Below are positions 1 through 9,526 of a stretch of 64,000 bases of DNA, piece after piece. Made by a program: the position numbers and the translations under genes. The notes beneath the pieces were generated by a model. It ran no database searches, was not told the DNA's origin, and saw only the letters and a list, made by a program, of their open reading frames with translations. Positions within the stretch are counted from its first letter, which is position 1, and every line of letters begins with the position of its first letter. The DNA comes from Ignavibacteriales bacterium. Its GTDB lineage: Bacteria > Bacteroidota > Ignavibacteria > UBA10030 > SZUA-254. The stretch lies in assembly GCA_016218025.1 (NCBI GenBank), contig JACRFD010000073.1:4001-68000 (forward strand), written 5' to 3'.

Positions 1-1157
<1,157 letters not shown>

Positions 1158-1183
1158 TTACATACTGCATATTTGAATTGTAA

Positions 1184-1231
1184 AACCTCCGATTTCTTAT
1201 ACAAAATTTACATTGTCAGAAATCGGAGGTT
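1184..1231 (-). terminator. Putative stem-loop terminator downstream of the 1430..3472 gene
   Basis: The 13-bp stem AACCTCCGATTTC (1184-1196) pairs with GAAATCGGAGGTT (1219-1231). The loop is 22 nt and there are T/A runs on both sides. The long loop weakens the call. Confidence 0.3.
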
Positions 1232-1429
1232 TATTTTTAAAAAGAGCGTCCGGAACTTCTGACTCAGGTGCTATACTCTCCACGATTCAATTTGGTTATG
1301 TGCGACTCATTTTCATTGACGGCTAAAAGTTGGAAATGAGTTGCACGTCCTTGTTGCCTACTCTCATCAGAGAAGGTAACCTTCTGCTCTGCATTTCTTA
1401 GATGAAGGTTACCTTCTAACTTGTTTCTG

Positions 1430-3472
1430 TTATTTCATCAACAAGAGTTTCTTGGTTTCAGTATAAGCCTTCCATGAGTTTTGTTCGCCTGCCTGTATGT
1501 GATAGAAATACACACCACTTGTCAAACCGGATGCGTCAAAGTTTACCTCGTGATACCCAGCTTCCTGCATTTCATCCACAAGCAACGCAATCCTTTGACC
1601 GAGTGTGTTGTAAACACTCAAGCTTACATGCGATGCCTGCGGCAAAGCGTATTTGATTGTTGTTGATGGATTGAAGGGGTTGGGGTAGTTTTGAGAAAGC
1701 GAATATGTAGTTGGAATCATTCCCGTCTCTTTAATATCCGTAATCACTAGCGAACTGTAATCACTCAGGTTATCATGGATGTCTCTCGCACGGATCCACC
1801 AGTAACTATTTCCAGGTCGAGGATTGTTATTTATATAGAATGTATCTCTTGTTGTTGTAAATAATGTTTGGTCTGCTGGTGAGGTGCCACGATAGATTAC
1901 GTATTCTTTTAAATCCGTTTCAGAATTGGGACTCCAGTTAAGTCTATCCATACTGGCAATAAAAGAACCTGCGAAATATTTTGGTGCAAGTGGTGCGAGG
2001 TTATCTACCGAGTAGCCGCTGTCGACATTCGAATCATAGAAGACATTCGGGTTGTTAGTGTGTGCTGAAACAAGGAAGTAATGTTTTCCATCTGTATTTG
2101 ACATTGAATCGTAAAGTGTTGCTGCTGTGTAACTGTACTCAGTAAACTTATGCGCGGGTTGGTTCGTAATCCATTCCCAGAAATATGTTGTACCATTGAT
2201 CGATGTAACCCTGTATGCTGTACCATTGAAGTTCCGATATAGAGTGCTCATTGGTATAATCTTGGATTTCTGTACCGACAGTTGAGGAATTGCCCGCCAT
2301 ATGCTGTAGTAAGAAAGCAGGGTTGTGTTTGTGTCGTAATATGTTGCATTCCAAAACAACGAGATTTTTCCACCCTGATCATTTGGAACATCTTTAACAA
2401 GTATTATTTTTGGATTGATTGATAGTATATTTTCTCCACGAGACATCCTCTTTATGGATCCCAAGCCACTACCTGGATTTTCTGGCCAATATATGTTATT
2501 TTCGTCGAGTTGTAAATTCCCAGGTCCATTTAACCCGGTGGTAATGGTTGTTGTTATTCCGCCATCAATTGAAATTTTCTTCAAAGAACCAGAATTTGTA
2601 TCATAAACACCAGATGTCCATGTTCCACCATCAGTCCAGTAAAGATATCCATTAAATGAATCCAATATAATTCCTGATGGAGCATTCAGTCCCGTTGCGA
2701 GTGGTGTTGGCACTCCACCATTCCTTGGAACTTTTTTTACTTCGCCATCCCCTGTGACTGGATAACCATAAGGTGGTACGGCTTGATCAGACCAATAAAC
2801 GTTAGCAGAATCTAATACGATATTTGCCCCCGCTGAGGATAACTGCGTTGCGAGTACTGTTACCTCGCCACCATTCAAAGACATTTTTTTTAAATCATGA
2901 GTAGAAGCATCAGAATTTGGTTCTGACCAGAATATTTCAACTGTATCCAAAGCGAGATAACCGAGGCTCCAGATAGGTGTTCCATTATAGAAGGTAATAA
3001 CATCTCCACCGGTGATGTTTATTTTCTTAATGGTGCTTGTTGGTTCTTGCCAGTATATGTGTGTTGAATTCATAGCCGTGGGACCCTGAGGGTAATCTAA
3101 ACCGGTTGCAATGATTGTGGTGTAATCTCCATTTTTGGTAATTTTTTTTAATGTTCCATTGGCATTGGGCCAGCTACCCCGTTCGATGAAATAAACATTC
3201 GTAGCATCTAGTAAAATAGCAACCGGATGGTTCAAACCTGAAGCAAGGGTTGTAATAGTCCCGCCATTTTTTTGAACTTTCCGAACCACTCCAGTGGTGG
3301 CATCTTCATAGTAGGGAACAGTACCGTCATCCTCAGTCCAATAGATAGCGTCAGAATCCATAACAATTTTTGAAGAGATCGATAAACCGGACGCAATTGT
3401 TTGAGTTTCATTTTGAGCTTGCACATTAAGTGTGCATATTGCAAGAAATAAGATGAATGCAAATGTTTTCAT
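1430..3472 (-). CDS. Secreted beta-propeller repeat protein with a T9SS type-A C-terminal sorting domain (T9SS cargo)
   Basis: N-terminal signal peptide MKTFAFILFLAICTLNVQAQ. Repeated ...ASGLN.P..I.LD..N(I/V)YW... blades (YWTD/NHL-like). C-terminus QNYPNPFNPSTTIKYALPQASHVSLSVYNTLGQRIALLVDE...SGVYFYHIQAG...KKLLLMK is typical of a T9SS CTD. Confidence 0.8.
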   Translation of the reverse strand: MKTFAFILFLAICTLNVQAQNETQTIASGLSISSKIVMDSDAIYWTEDDGTVPYYEDATTGVVRKVQKNGGTITTLASGLNHPVAILLDATNVYFIERGSWPNANGTLKKITKNGDYTTIIATGLDYPQGPTAMNSTHIYWQEPTSTIKKINITGGDVITFYNGTPIWSLGYLALDTVEIFWSEPNSDASTHDLKKMSLNGGEVTVLATQLSSAGANIVLDSANVYWSDQAVPPYGYPVTGDGEVKKVPRNGGVPTPLATGLNAPSGIILDSFNGYLYWTDGGTWTSGVYDTNSGSLKKISIDGGITTTITTGLNGPGNLQLDENNIYWPENPGSGLGSIKRMSRGENILSINPKIILVKDVPNDQGGKISLFWNATYYDTNTTLLSYYSIWRAIPQLSVQKSKIIPMSTLYRNFNGTAYRVTSINGTTYFWEWITNQPAHKFTEYSYTAATLYDSMSNTDGKHYFLVSAHTNNPNVFYDSNVDSGYSVDNLAPLAPKYFAGSFIASMDRLNWSPNSETDLKEYVIYRGTSPADQTLFTTTRDTFYINNNPRPGNSYWWIRARDIHDNLSDYSSLVITDIKETGMIPTTYSLSQNYPNPFNPSTTIKYALPQASHVSLSVYNTLGQRIALLVDEMQEAGYHEVNFDASGLTSGVYFYHIQAGEQNSWKAYTETKKLLLMK

Positions 3473-3533
3473 TTGTACTCCTTTTTTTAATAATAAAATA
3501 TTTGTTGAATTAGATAATCATGTGTTTGCCAGT

Positions 3534-3713
3534 TTATACAGGATCTATTTGTCCTTCGATCACTTCAGTATGATTCAGTACATATTTTATCATCCAAAAT
3601 GAAAAGAAAGGTAGCGCAATCCCGAATGTAACAATGATGAGAATGAACCATCCGAGAAGATTAAGAAAAATATTCCCATAACTAAGTTTGCAAACGAGTC
3701 GTGATTTGCTCAT
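3534..3713 (-). CDS. Small (59 aa) hydrophobic protein, unknown function
   Basis: Self-translated: MSKSRLVCKLSYGNIFLNLLGWFILIIVTFGIALPFFSFWMIKYVLNHTEVIEGQIDPV*. It falls just under the 60-aa cut-off of the supplied track. A GGAGA sits about 6 nt upstream of the ATG and there is one clear TM helix. Confidence 0.35.
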   Translation of the reverse strand: MSKSRLVCKLSYGNIFLNLLGWFILIIVTFGIALPFFSFWMIKYVLNHTEVIEGQIDPV

Positions 3714-3844
3714 GTGTTTCTCCGTTGTAGTAAGGTAAAATAGTTTGTTATACTATACTATTTCAACGGCTCTTTATCTTTCCAGAAAAAAAGAGAAAAA
3801 AATGAAAGATTACTTAAAACTCTCAGAATCGAGGAATTTTGCTG

Positions 3845-5335
3845 CTAAGGAAGGTTTTTGAACGAGTACAATTTGTTACGTGTCGGCGTATTTTGGAATT
3901 TCTCCCCATCCCAGTAAAGAATAGACTTCTTAAGTTCTTCTAAATGCTCAGGTATTAGGGATTTTTTCAATTTGCCATGTTCCAACAAATAATTGTTTAG
4001 TTTTATAAAATGGTCATTCGGGGCAATGGCTTCTACTTCTAAGTCGAGACGAAATAAGTATACTTCTCCAACATCTTTAATATTGTCCGGTTTATTGATG
4101 CTTAAAATTTCATTAATGTAAACACGTATCTTACCATCTTTAAGTATTTCTAAGCTCCTGATGCCATTATACGATACTTTTCCATAAAATTCATGTAATT
4201 TCGATAAAGGGAATAATAGATAATATTTTTCTTCTGCTTTTTTAATATCAACAGGTTTGTATTGTGATGTTACGGGCGCATAGCCGTCAATATTATCTGG
4301 ATCAAGGATGGCGAGGTAAGCTCTGTTATAAGCATCATTGATACCGGCAAGGATTATCTCTTCATTCCCGTCTTTGTTCAAATCGGAATGCTCGACGGTT
4401 GATGTACCTCCTCTATTGAAATAACCGTGAAGTATTTTCCCGTCATCTATATCAACTTCAAATAGTTTAATTGGAGAAAATTGGTTAACTGATGCCAAAA
4501 TGAATAGTCTAAGCCTTTTGGATGTTTTCTCGGTGATTGTACAAAAATCGTTGATGTAAATATTCCCCTGATGGTTTTTACCGGTTTCACCGAAATAAAT
4601 CCAGTCTCCGGTGCCGGTTTTCCATTTCAATCTTCCATCGTTATTTAAACAATAAATACTATCGGATGTATATTCAGCATCGTGAAGTTTTCCAGTCAAT
4701 AATACTTCATTTTTTCCATCGCTATCAAGATCGCGAATTAATACAAACCTCCGTGTTTCGCCCTCTAGTTGCCATCTGTTTTCACTGAAACAATCGGGAA
4801 TTCCAATAACACTCTTACTCCAAATTTCCTCAGCATTTTTATTATATACCCTCAAAACATAATCCTTTACTTTTGCAAAAGCAGGATTATTGTCTTTCAC
4901 AATTTTCGGTATCGCTAAAAATGCCAACACCATTGCAAATGCGGTAACTGAAGTTGCTCCCGCAAATCTTATAGGGTGAATTTGTATATATCTAACTAAC
5001 CTTTGCATTAACGGCCTCCGGTACGGCTCAATTATTTCTACAAAAGTCGAGAGTGCATTATCTACACGCTCTTGGAGTGCAAGTTTCTTCTCAGGAAGTG
5101 CAAGCCGGTTGCGAGCGAGTAGTTTTTCGGCGAAAGCTTTATCATGCTCGGTTGGCTCGGTTTGCATCTCCTTCTCAATACCATTGAAAAATGCAGTTAG
5201 CTTTTCTGCATGGTCTTTGCAGTAGGCACACTGTTCTAAATGGGCTGTAATAATAACAAGTTCACCGGGAGTTATATCCTCACGTGAAATAATATATTTT
5301 TCTAATATATTTATATCTATATGTTCCATTATCAA
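3845..5335 (-). CDS. Anti-sigma-factor-like membrane protein (N-terminal zf-HC2, one TM helix, extracytoplasmic FG-GAP/VCBS-like region)
   Basis: HLEQCAYC matches the H-x3-C-x2-C ZAS motif near the N-terminus. TM segment FAGATSVTAFAMVLAFLAIPKIV. DLDSDGKNEVLLTG and DLNKDGNEEIILAG are calcium-binding FG-GAP-like loops. Confidence 0.6.
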   Translation of the reverse strand: MIMEHIDINILEKYIISREDITPGELVIITAHLEQCAYCKDHAEKLTAFFNGIEKEMQTEPTEHDKAFAEKLLARNRLALPEKKLALQERVDNALSTFVEIIEPYRRPLMQRLVRYIQIHPIRFAGATSVTAFAMVLAFLAIPKIVKDNNPAFAKVKDYVLRVYNKNAEEIWSKSVIGIPDCFSENRWQLEGETRRFVLIRDLDSDGKNEVLLTGKLHDAEYTSDSIYCLNNDGRLKWKTGTGDWIYFGETGKNHQGNIYINDFCTITEKTSKRLRLFILASVNQFSPIKLFEVDIDDGKILHGYFNRGGTSTVEHSDLNKDGNEEIILAGINDAYNRAYLAILDPDNIDGYAPVTSQYKPVDIKKAEEKYYLLFPLSKLHEFYGKVSYNGIRSLEILKDGKIRVYINEILSINKPDNIKDVGEVYLFRLDLEVEAIAPNDHFIKLNNYLLEHGKLKKSLIPEHLEELKKSILYWDGEKFQNTPTRNKLYSFKNLP

Positions 5336-5383
5336 TTAAAAGGTAAAAATAATAACATCGAAACTCTGGAAAATAAAATATGT

Positions 5384-5450
5384 GTCATGGTGAGCATGTC
5401 GAACCATGACTTCTTGATTTAAAATCACGCTTCGACAAGCTCAGCGTGAC
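5384..5450. repeat. Two adjacent short palindromic units of the widespread GTCGAAC / TTCGACAAGCTCAG intergenic repeat type
   Basis: GTCATGGT(5384-5391)...ACCATGAC(5403-5410) encloses GAGCATGTCGA. TCACGCT(5425-5431)...AGCGTGA(5443-5449) encloses TCGACAAGCTC. The units translate as VMVSMSNHD and FDKLSVT / LRQAQRD, the peptide strings I associate with this repeat family when it is mis-called as ORFs. Confidence 0.5.
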
Positions 5451-5490
5451 GGTTCTTTATTGATTAAAATAATTTTTCACATGTTTCAAT

Positions 5491-5517
5491 ATCATCAATC
5501 CATCAATCCAACAATCC
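5491..5517 (-). promoter_or_regulatory. 27-nt motif copy 1 (ATCATCAATCCATCAATCCAACAATCC), upstream of the anti-sigma-like gene
   Basis: 24/27 identical (hand count) to 6758..6784. Internally it is three tandem 8-mers of form NCAATCC. It lies about 155-180 nt upstream of the 5335 start on the minus strand. Confidence 0.4.
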
Positions 5518-5625
5518 TCCGAAGGAGTCCTTCGGATATTTATCCAATTTAACATACTCATCTACTGAATACATTTCAACGTTTGTATCTCCATCCATAA
5601 AATCTCTACGCTCTTTGCTCAAAGC

Positions 5626-6726
5626 TCACAGCTCTCTCATTAACCTCGCCGCGAATTCTTCTCGCGCTATTTTCAATAAATATTCCATTTTTGTTCGGTA
5701 TATCTCTTCATATTGATTATCATCAATCTGTATATGTACTTTTAAATATTCAAATATCGACGATTTTGATTCTTCACCATAGCACCAATCTTCCAGCATA
5801 TCGCGGAAAGCAGTGTATATTGCCTCGGCTGATTTTCTATCAACCTTACCGCGGGCTAAATATGTGAGGAATATTTTCTCTTTTAGAAATAAAAGCACCT
5901 CAGAACATAATTGCTCTATCTCAAATTTGGTCAAACCCTCTGACGCGAAAACATCTTCTTCCTCAATTAGCGTATGATCGCTTTGGTATATCTTTCTAAA
6001 AATCTGAACAACATCTACCAACGATATAGATGTACGATATTTATTCTGCCCCACTAATATTTCCCGGCAAACGTTCAATAGCTCAGGGATTGTCCGCTGG
6101 TGATCAACGTTTATCATGAATTCGCGTTCAAATTCTTCTTGTGGGAATTCATTCAATCGCTCAGCCGGATTATCTTTCAATTTCACCACCAATCCTCTGT
6201 AATCTTTTACAATAAGAAGCGAATCGGAATTTTTTATTGTATCGCGAATATTTCTATGGATTTTCGCTCCAGCCGGATCGGATTGTGCATACAACCGTGC
6301 AAGCTGTGCATCTGCCAGGCATGTTAAAAAAGATTTGTATGCGAGGAATATTTCAATCTCGGGAAGTTGTGTTAAATCGTTATTAAGAGCTTTTGAAAAA
6401 TTTATCAATTTTTGATAATTATCATTCTCGTCTTTTGAAAAAGTTTCGGCTATGCAGTCGTACGCTAAATCGGAAATCGTCAGACCTTGATGGAGAGAAA
6501 GCCGGACTACCGATTGTCGAAAATACCTGAGGTAATTTTCGATGATCGATCTGCTTATATGGACTAACTCTGCAAGTTCTCGATGGTCGATTTCACCTTT
6601 GAGAAGCTTCATTAGCCGAGCTTTTATTATTTTACAATCCCATTTCAAACAATCGCCTTTATTGAGGAAAATAAACCTGCGAATCAAATAATATGAAGAA
6701 TTGTGGAAACAATCAAACCTTTGCAT
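5626..6726 (-). CDS. Hypothetical protein, possibly a divergent sigma-70/ECF-like regulator (start uncertain: 6786, 6726 or 6612)
   Basis: The 386-aa ORF is in the track. The first 20 codons translate the 27-nt repeat motif and abut the divergent MFS gene, so I prefer M21 (6726) or M59 (6612). LIRRFIFLNKGD...DLAYDCIAETF loosely resembles sigma region 2. No recognisable region 4. Confidence 0.4.
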   Translation of the reverse strand: MQRFDCFHNSSYYLIRRFIFLNKGDCLKWDCKIIKARLMKLLKGEIDHRELAELVHISRSIIENYLRYFRQSVVRLSLHQGLTISDLAYDCIAETFSKDENDNYQKLINFSKALNNDLTQLPEIEIFLAYKSFLTCLADAQLARLYAQSDPAGAKIHRNIRDTIKNSDSLLIVKDYRGLVVKLKDNPAERLNEFPQEEFEREFMINVDHQRTIPELLNVCREILVGQNKYRTSISLVDVVQIFRKIYQSDHTLIEEEDVFASEGLTKFEIEQLCSEVLLFLKEKIFLTYLARGKVDRKSAEAIYTAFRDMLEDWCYGEESKSSIFEYLKVHIQIDDNQYEEIYRTKMEYLLKIAREEFAARLMREL

Positions 6727-6757
6727 CTTCCCGAAAATTTCTATATTTTGAAGTAAA

Positions 6758-6784
6758 ATAATCAATCCATTAATACAACAATCC
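6758..6784 (-). promoter_or_regulatory. 27-nt motif copy 2 (ATAATCAATCCATTAATACAACAATCC)
   Basis: 24/27 match to 5491..5517. It sits in the divergent region between the sigma-like gene and the MFS gene. Confidence 0.4.
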
Positions 6785-6803
6785 ATTAATCCGATGGTAT
6801 TTT

Positions 6804-8156
6804 ATGTCTGAACGACCTTTACCTTCTGCCTTCTATCGCTGGATGGTTTTGCTGTTCATCAGTTTAGCGATGTTCGGTAATTACTATATTTACGATAGTA
6901 TAAGTCCGCTCGCCGATCTGTTGAAATCACAACTTTGCTTCACCGATTCTGAAATTGGTCTGCTCAACGGGATTTATAGTTTCCCCAATATCATTATGGT
7001 TCTGATCGGCGGCATTATCATAGATCGAATTGGCACACGCAAATCTGTTTTTATCTTCACCGTGCTGATAATGTTAGGCGCTTTGGTTACCGCGGTGAAG
7101 GGAGATATTTATTGGATGGCTGCAGGGCGTCTTATTTTTGGTCTCGGCGCCGAGTCTATGATAGTTGCTATCACTACAATTATTGCACGATGGTTTAAGG
7201 GAAAACAATTGGCGTTTGCATTCGGATTAAATTTAACAATTGCCCGTCTCGGATCGTTCATGGCTCTGAATGCGCCATCTTGGGGACGGAGTTTATACGA
7301 TTACTGGCAATCGCCGCTTTGGATTACGGTGGGGACAGGTGTCTTTGCTGTTATTTGTATAATCGTCTATTACATAATGGATCTTTATGCGAACAAAAAT
7401 TATGAAATGGATAAAGAAGGAGATCAAGATAAGGTTGAGATCAAAGAAATATTTAAGTTTGGAACTTCATTTTGGTACATAACTGCACTTTGTGTAACAT
7501 TTTATTCGGCTATGTTTCCTTTTCAAACATTCGCTATTAAATTTTTTCAGGAAGCGCACGGAACTACACGCGAAGTGGGCGGAAATCTCTCAAGCATGTT
7601 AACACTAGCGGCAATGATTTTTACGCCGTTGTTCGGATTATTAACCGATAAAATAGGGAAGCGTTCTTTGATGATGATGTTCGGTTCGCTTCTAATTGTT
7701 CCTGTATATCTAATCATGGCGTACAAAATTGATCTCGCTTCGTTTATCGGTTTGCATGGCGGTTTGACCGTAAACCTTGCATTCTTTGGAATAGAAGAAG
7801 CAATTATTCCATATTATCTAATGGTACCGATGTCGTTAATGGGAATTGCCTTCTCTCTAATACCTGCGGTTATGTGGCCCTCTGTCGCGTACATCGTAGA
7901 TCCCAAAAAATTAGGGACTGCTTACGGATTGATGACAATGATACAAAATATCGGATTGTTCGGGTTTAATCTTTTGATTGGATGGGCGAACGATTTTTCA
8001 GGAGCAAGTGCGGCAAATCCCAATGGTTACACACTTGGCATGTGGATATTTACATCGTTAGGGTTTTTTGGATTATTATTTGCGTTCTTGTTGAGAAGAA
8101 GAGAAATAGGACCGCATGGGCATGGATTGGAAACAGTAAAGATAGGAAATAAATGA
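6804..8156 (+). CDS. MFS transporter
   Basis: 450 aa with about 12 predicted hydrophobic helices. The loop 2-3 motif IIDRIGTRKS is MFS D-R-x-G-R-K/R-like. Confidence 0.8.
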   Translation: MSERPLPSAFYRWMVLLFISLAMFGNYYIYDSISPLADLLKSQLCFTDSEIGLLNGIYSFPNIIMVLIGGIIIDRIGTRKSVFIFTVLIMLGALVTAVKGDIYWMAAGRLIFGLGAESMIVAITTIIARWFKGKQLAFAFGLNLTIARLGSFMALNAPSWGRSLYDYWQSPLWITVGTGVFAVICIIVYYIMDLYANKNYEMDKEGDQDKVEIKEIFKFGTSFWYITALCVTFYSAMFPFQTFAIKFFQEAHGTTREVGGNLSSMLTLAAMIFTPLFGLLTDKIGKRSLMMMFGSLLIVPVYLIMAYKIDLASFIGLHGGLTVNLAFFGIEEAIIPYYLMVPMSLMGIAFSLIPAVMWPSVAYIVDPKKLGTAYGLMTMIQNIGLFGFNLLIGWANDFSGASAANPNGYTLGMWIFTSLGFFGLLFAFLLRRREIGPHGHGLETVKIGNK

Positions 8157-8160
8157 TTCT

Positions 8161-8451
8161 ATGAAGCGATTTAGTACGATTAAAAAAATATTAGAGCAAC
8201 AGAAACCGGATCTTGAGAAGAGATTTCATGTAAAAGAAATCGGTGTGTTTGGCTCGTATGTAAGGAATGAACAAAAGAAACGGAGTGATGTTGATATACT
8301 TGTGGATTTTTCTCAACCGATTGGATTAGATTTCATCGAATTGGGATACTATCTGGAGGATATTCTCGGATTAAAAGTTGATTTGGTTACTCCTCGTGCT
8401 ATAAAAAAGCATATGAAGCAATCAATCTTAAGTGAAGTTGTTTTTTTATGA
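8161..8451 (+). CDS. Nucleotidyltransferase-domain protein (MNT/MntA-type antitoxin of an MNT-HEPN pair)
   Basis: 96 aa. GVFGSYVRNEQKKRSDVDILVDF matches the G-S...D-x-D minimal nucleotidyltransferase motif. Confidence 0.8.
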   Translation: MKRFSTIKKILEQQKPDLEKRFHVKEIGVFGSYVRNEQKKRSDVDILVDFSQPIGLDFIELGYYLEDILGLKVDLVTPRAIKKHMKQSILSEVVFL

Positions 8452-8561
8452 AACAAAAAAGATCATATCGATTTTTCTTGGAAGATTTTGTCGAATCGAT
8501 AAGATTATACAAACTAATCAGGCGCAATTTATCTTTGATGAAAAAAGGAAATAAGTTATGA
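8448..8561 (+). pseudogene. Truncated HEPN/DUF86 (HepT-like) toxin remnant, 37 codons
   Basis: Its ATG overlaps the MNT stop (TTATGA at 8447-8452), the classic coupling for these pairs. MKQKRSYRFFLEDFVESIRLYKLIRRNLSLMKKGNKL* resembles only the N-terminal helix of DUF86 proteins, which normally run to about 110-140 aa. The frame ends in a second ATGA overlap with the next gene. Confidence 0.5.
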
Positions 8562-9520
8562 ATTCCGAACTCTACTCTGCCTCCCTCATCGCTGTCCGCG
8601 ATTGCATGGGAACGAAGTCAAATGAAAAAGTTCTTATTGTAACCGATGAACCACTTCGAACTATCGGTTATTCGCTTTGGCAAGCTACAAAAGATTTAGG
8701 AACCGAGGTGATGCTTATTGAAATGCTTCTCCGCAAGACAAACGGAGAAGAACCTCCGCCGGAAGTTGCCGAGTTGATGAAGAAGGTGGATGTAGTTTTG
8801 TGTCCGACCTCAAAATCATTGACACATACCGACGCAAGACGTAACGCAAGTGCGGCTGGTGCCCGTGTTGCAACGCTTCCCGGTGTTACGGAAGAAATAA
8901 TGATTCGCTGCATGAATGCCGATTATAATAAGATTGCAGAGCGGACATTCAAAATTTGTAAGATGATGGAGAAAACCGAAGCGATTCGTGTAACAACTTC
9001 ACTGGGTACTGATATAACAATGCCAATCAAAGGAAGAGAAGCACATGCAAGCTCAGGACTTTTCAGAGAGAAAGGTTTGTGGGGCAATCTGCCAACAGGT
9101 GAATCGTATTTAGCTCCGCTTGAAGGATTATCAAATGGTGTTGCCGTTGTCGATGGATCGATGGCAAGTGTAGGTATGGTGAACACACCTATCAAAATAA
9201 TAGTAAAAGATGGATACGCTACAGAAATCACCGGCGGCGATGAGGCAAAAAGATTACGCGAGTTATTGGAGCCGCATGGTAAAGATGCTTACACAGTTGC
9301 TGAATTTGGAATCGGAACAAATGACAAGGCAATTCTGACAGGGAAAATCCTTGAAGACGAAAAAGTGATGGGAACAATTCACATTGCTTTCGGCGATAAT
9401 AAATCTATGGGTGGAACGGTGCGTGTTGCCAGCCATCTCGATGGTTTAATCAAAGAACCGACTGTTTGGTTCGATGACAAAATGATAATGAAAGATGGAA
9501 AATTCGTGATCGAGGTATAG
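8558..9520 (+). CDS. Aminopeptidase, M29 (AmpS/aminopeptidase T)-like
   Basis: 320 aa. The C-terminal AEFGIGTNDKA...LEDEKVMGTIHIAFGDN resembles the conserved M29 metal-binding region. Confidence 0.6.
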   Translation: MNSELYSASLIAVRDCMGTKSNEKVLIVTDEPLRTIGYSLWQATKDLGTEVMLIEMLLRKTNGEEPPPEVAELMKKVDVVLCPTSKSLTHTDARRNASAAGARVATLPGVTEEIMIRCMNADYNKIAERTFKICKMMEKTEAIRVTTSLGTDITMPIKGREAHASSGLFREKGLWGNLPTGESYLAPLEGLSNGVAVVDGSMASVGMVNTPIKIIVKDGYATEITGGDEAKRLRELLEPHGKDAYTVAEFGIGTNDKAILTGKILEDEKVMGTIHIAFGDNKSMGGTVRVASHLDGLIKEPTVWFDDKMIMKDGKFVIEV

Positions 9521-9526
9521 GCGAAG

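Noticed and set aside
5537-5632. 31-codon ORF on the minus strand after the sigma-like gene (MDGDTNVEMYSVDEYVKLDKYPKDSFGGLLD).
   Set aside because: It runs through the palindrome and the 27-nt motif, has no RBS and no recognisable features. It is most likely non-coding.
6727-6786. First 20 codons of track ORF 5626..6786 (MDCCINGLIILLQNIEIFGK).
   Set aside because: These codons are the translation of the 27-nt repeat motif also found in non-coding DNA at 5491-5517. The ATG lies only 17 nt from the divergent MFS start. An internal Met start is more plausible.
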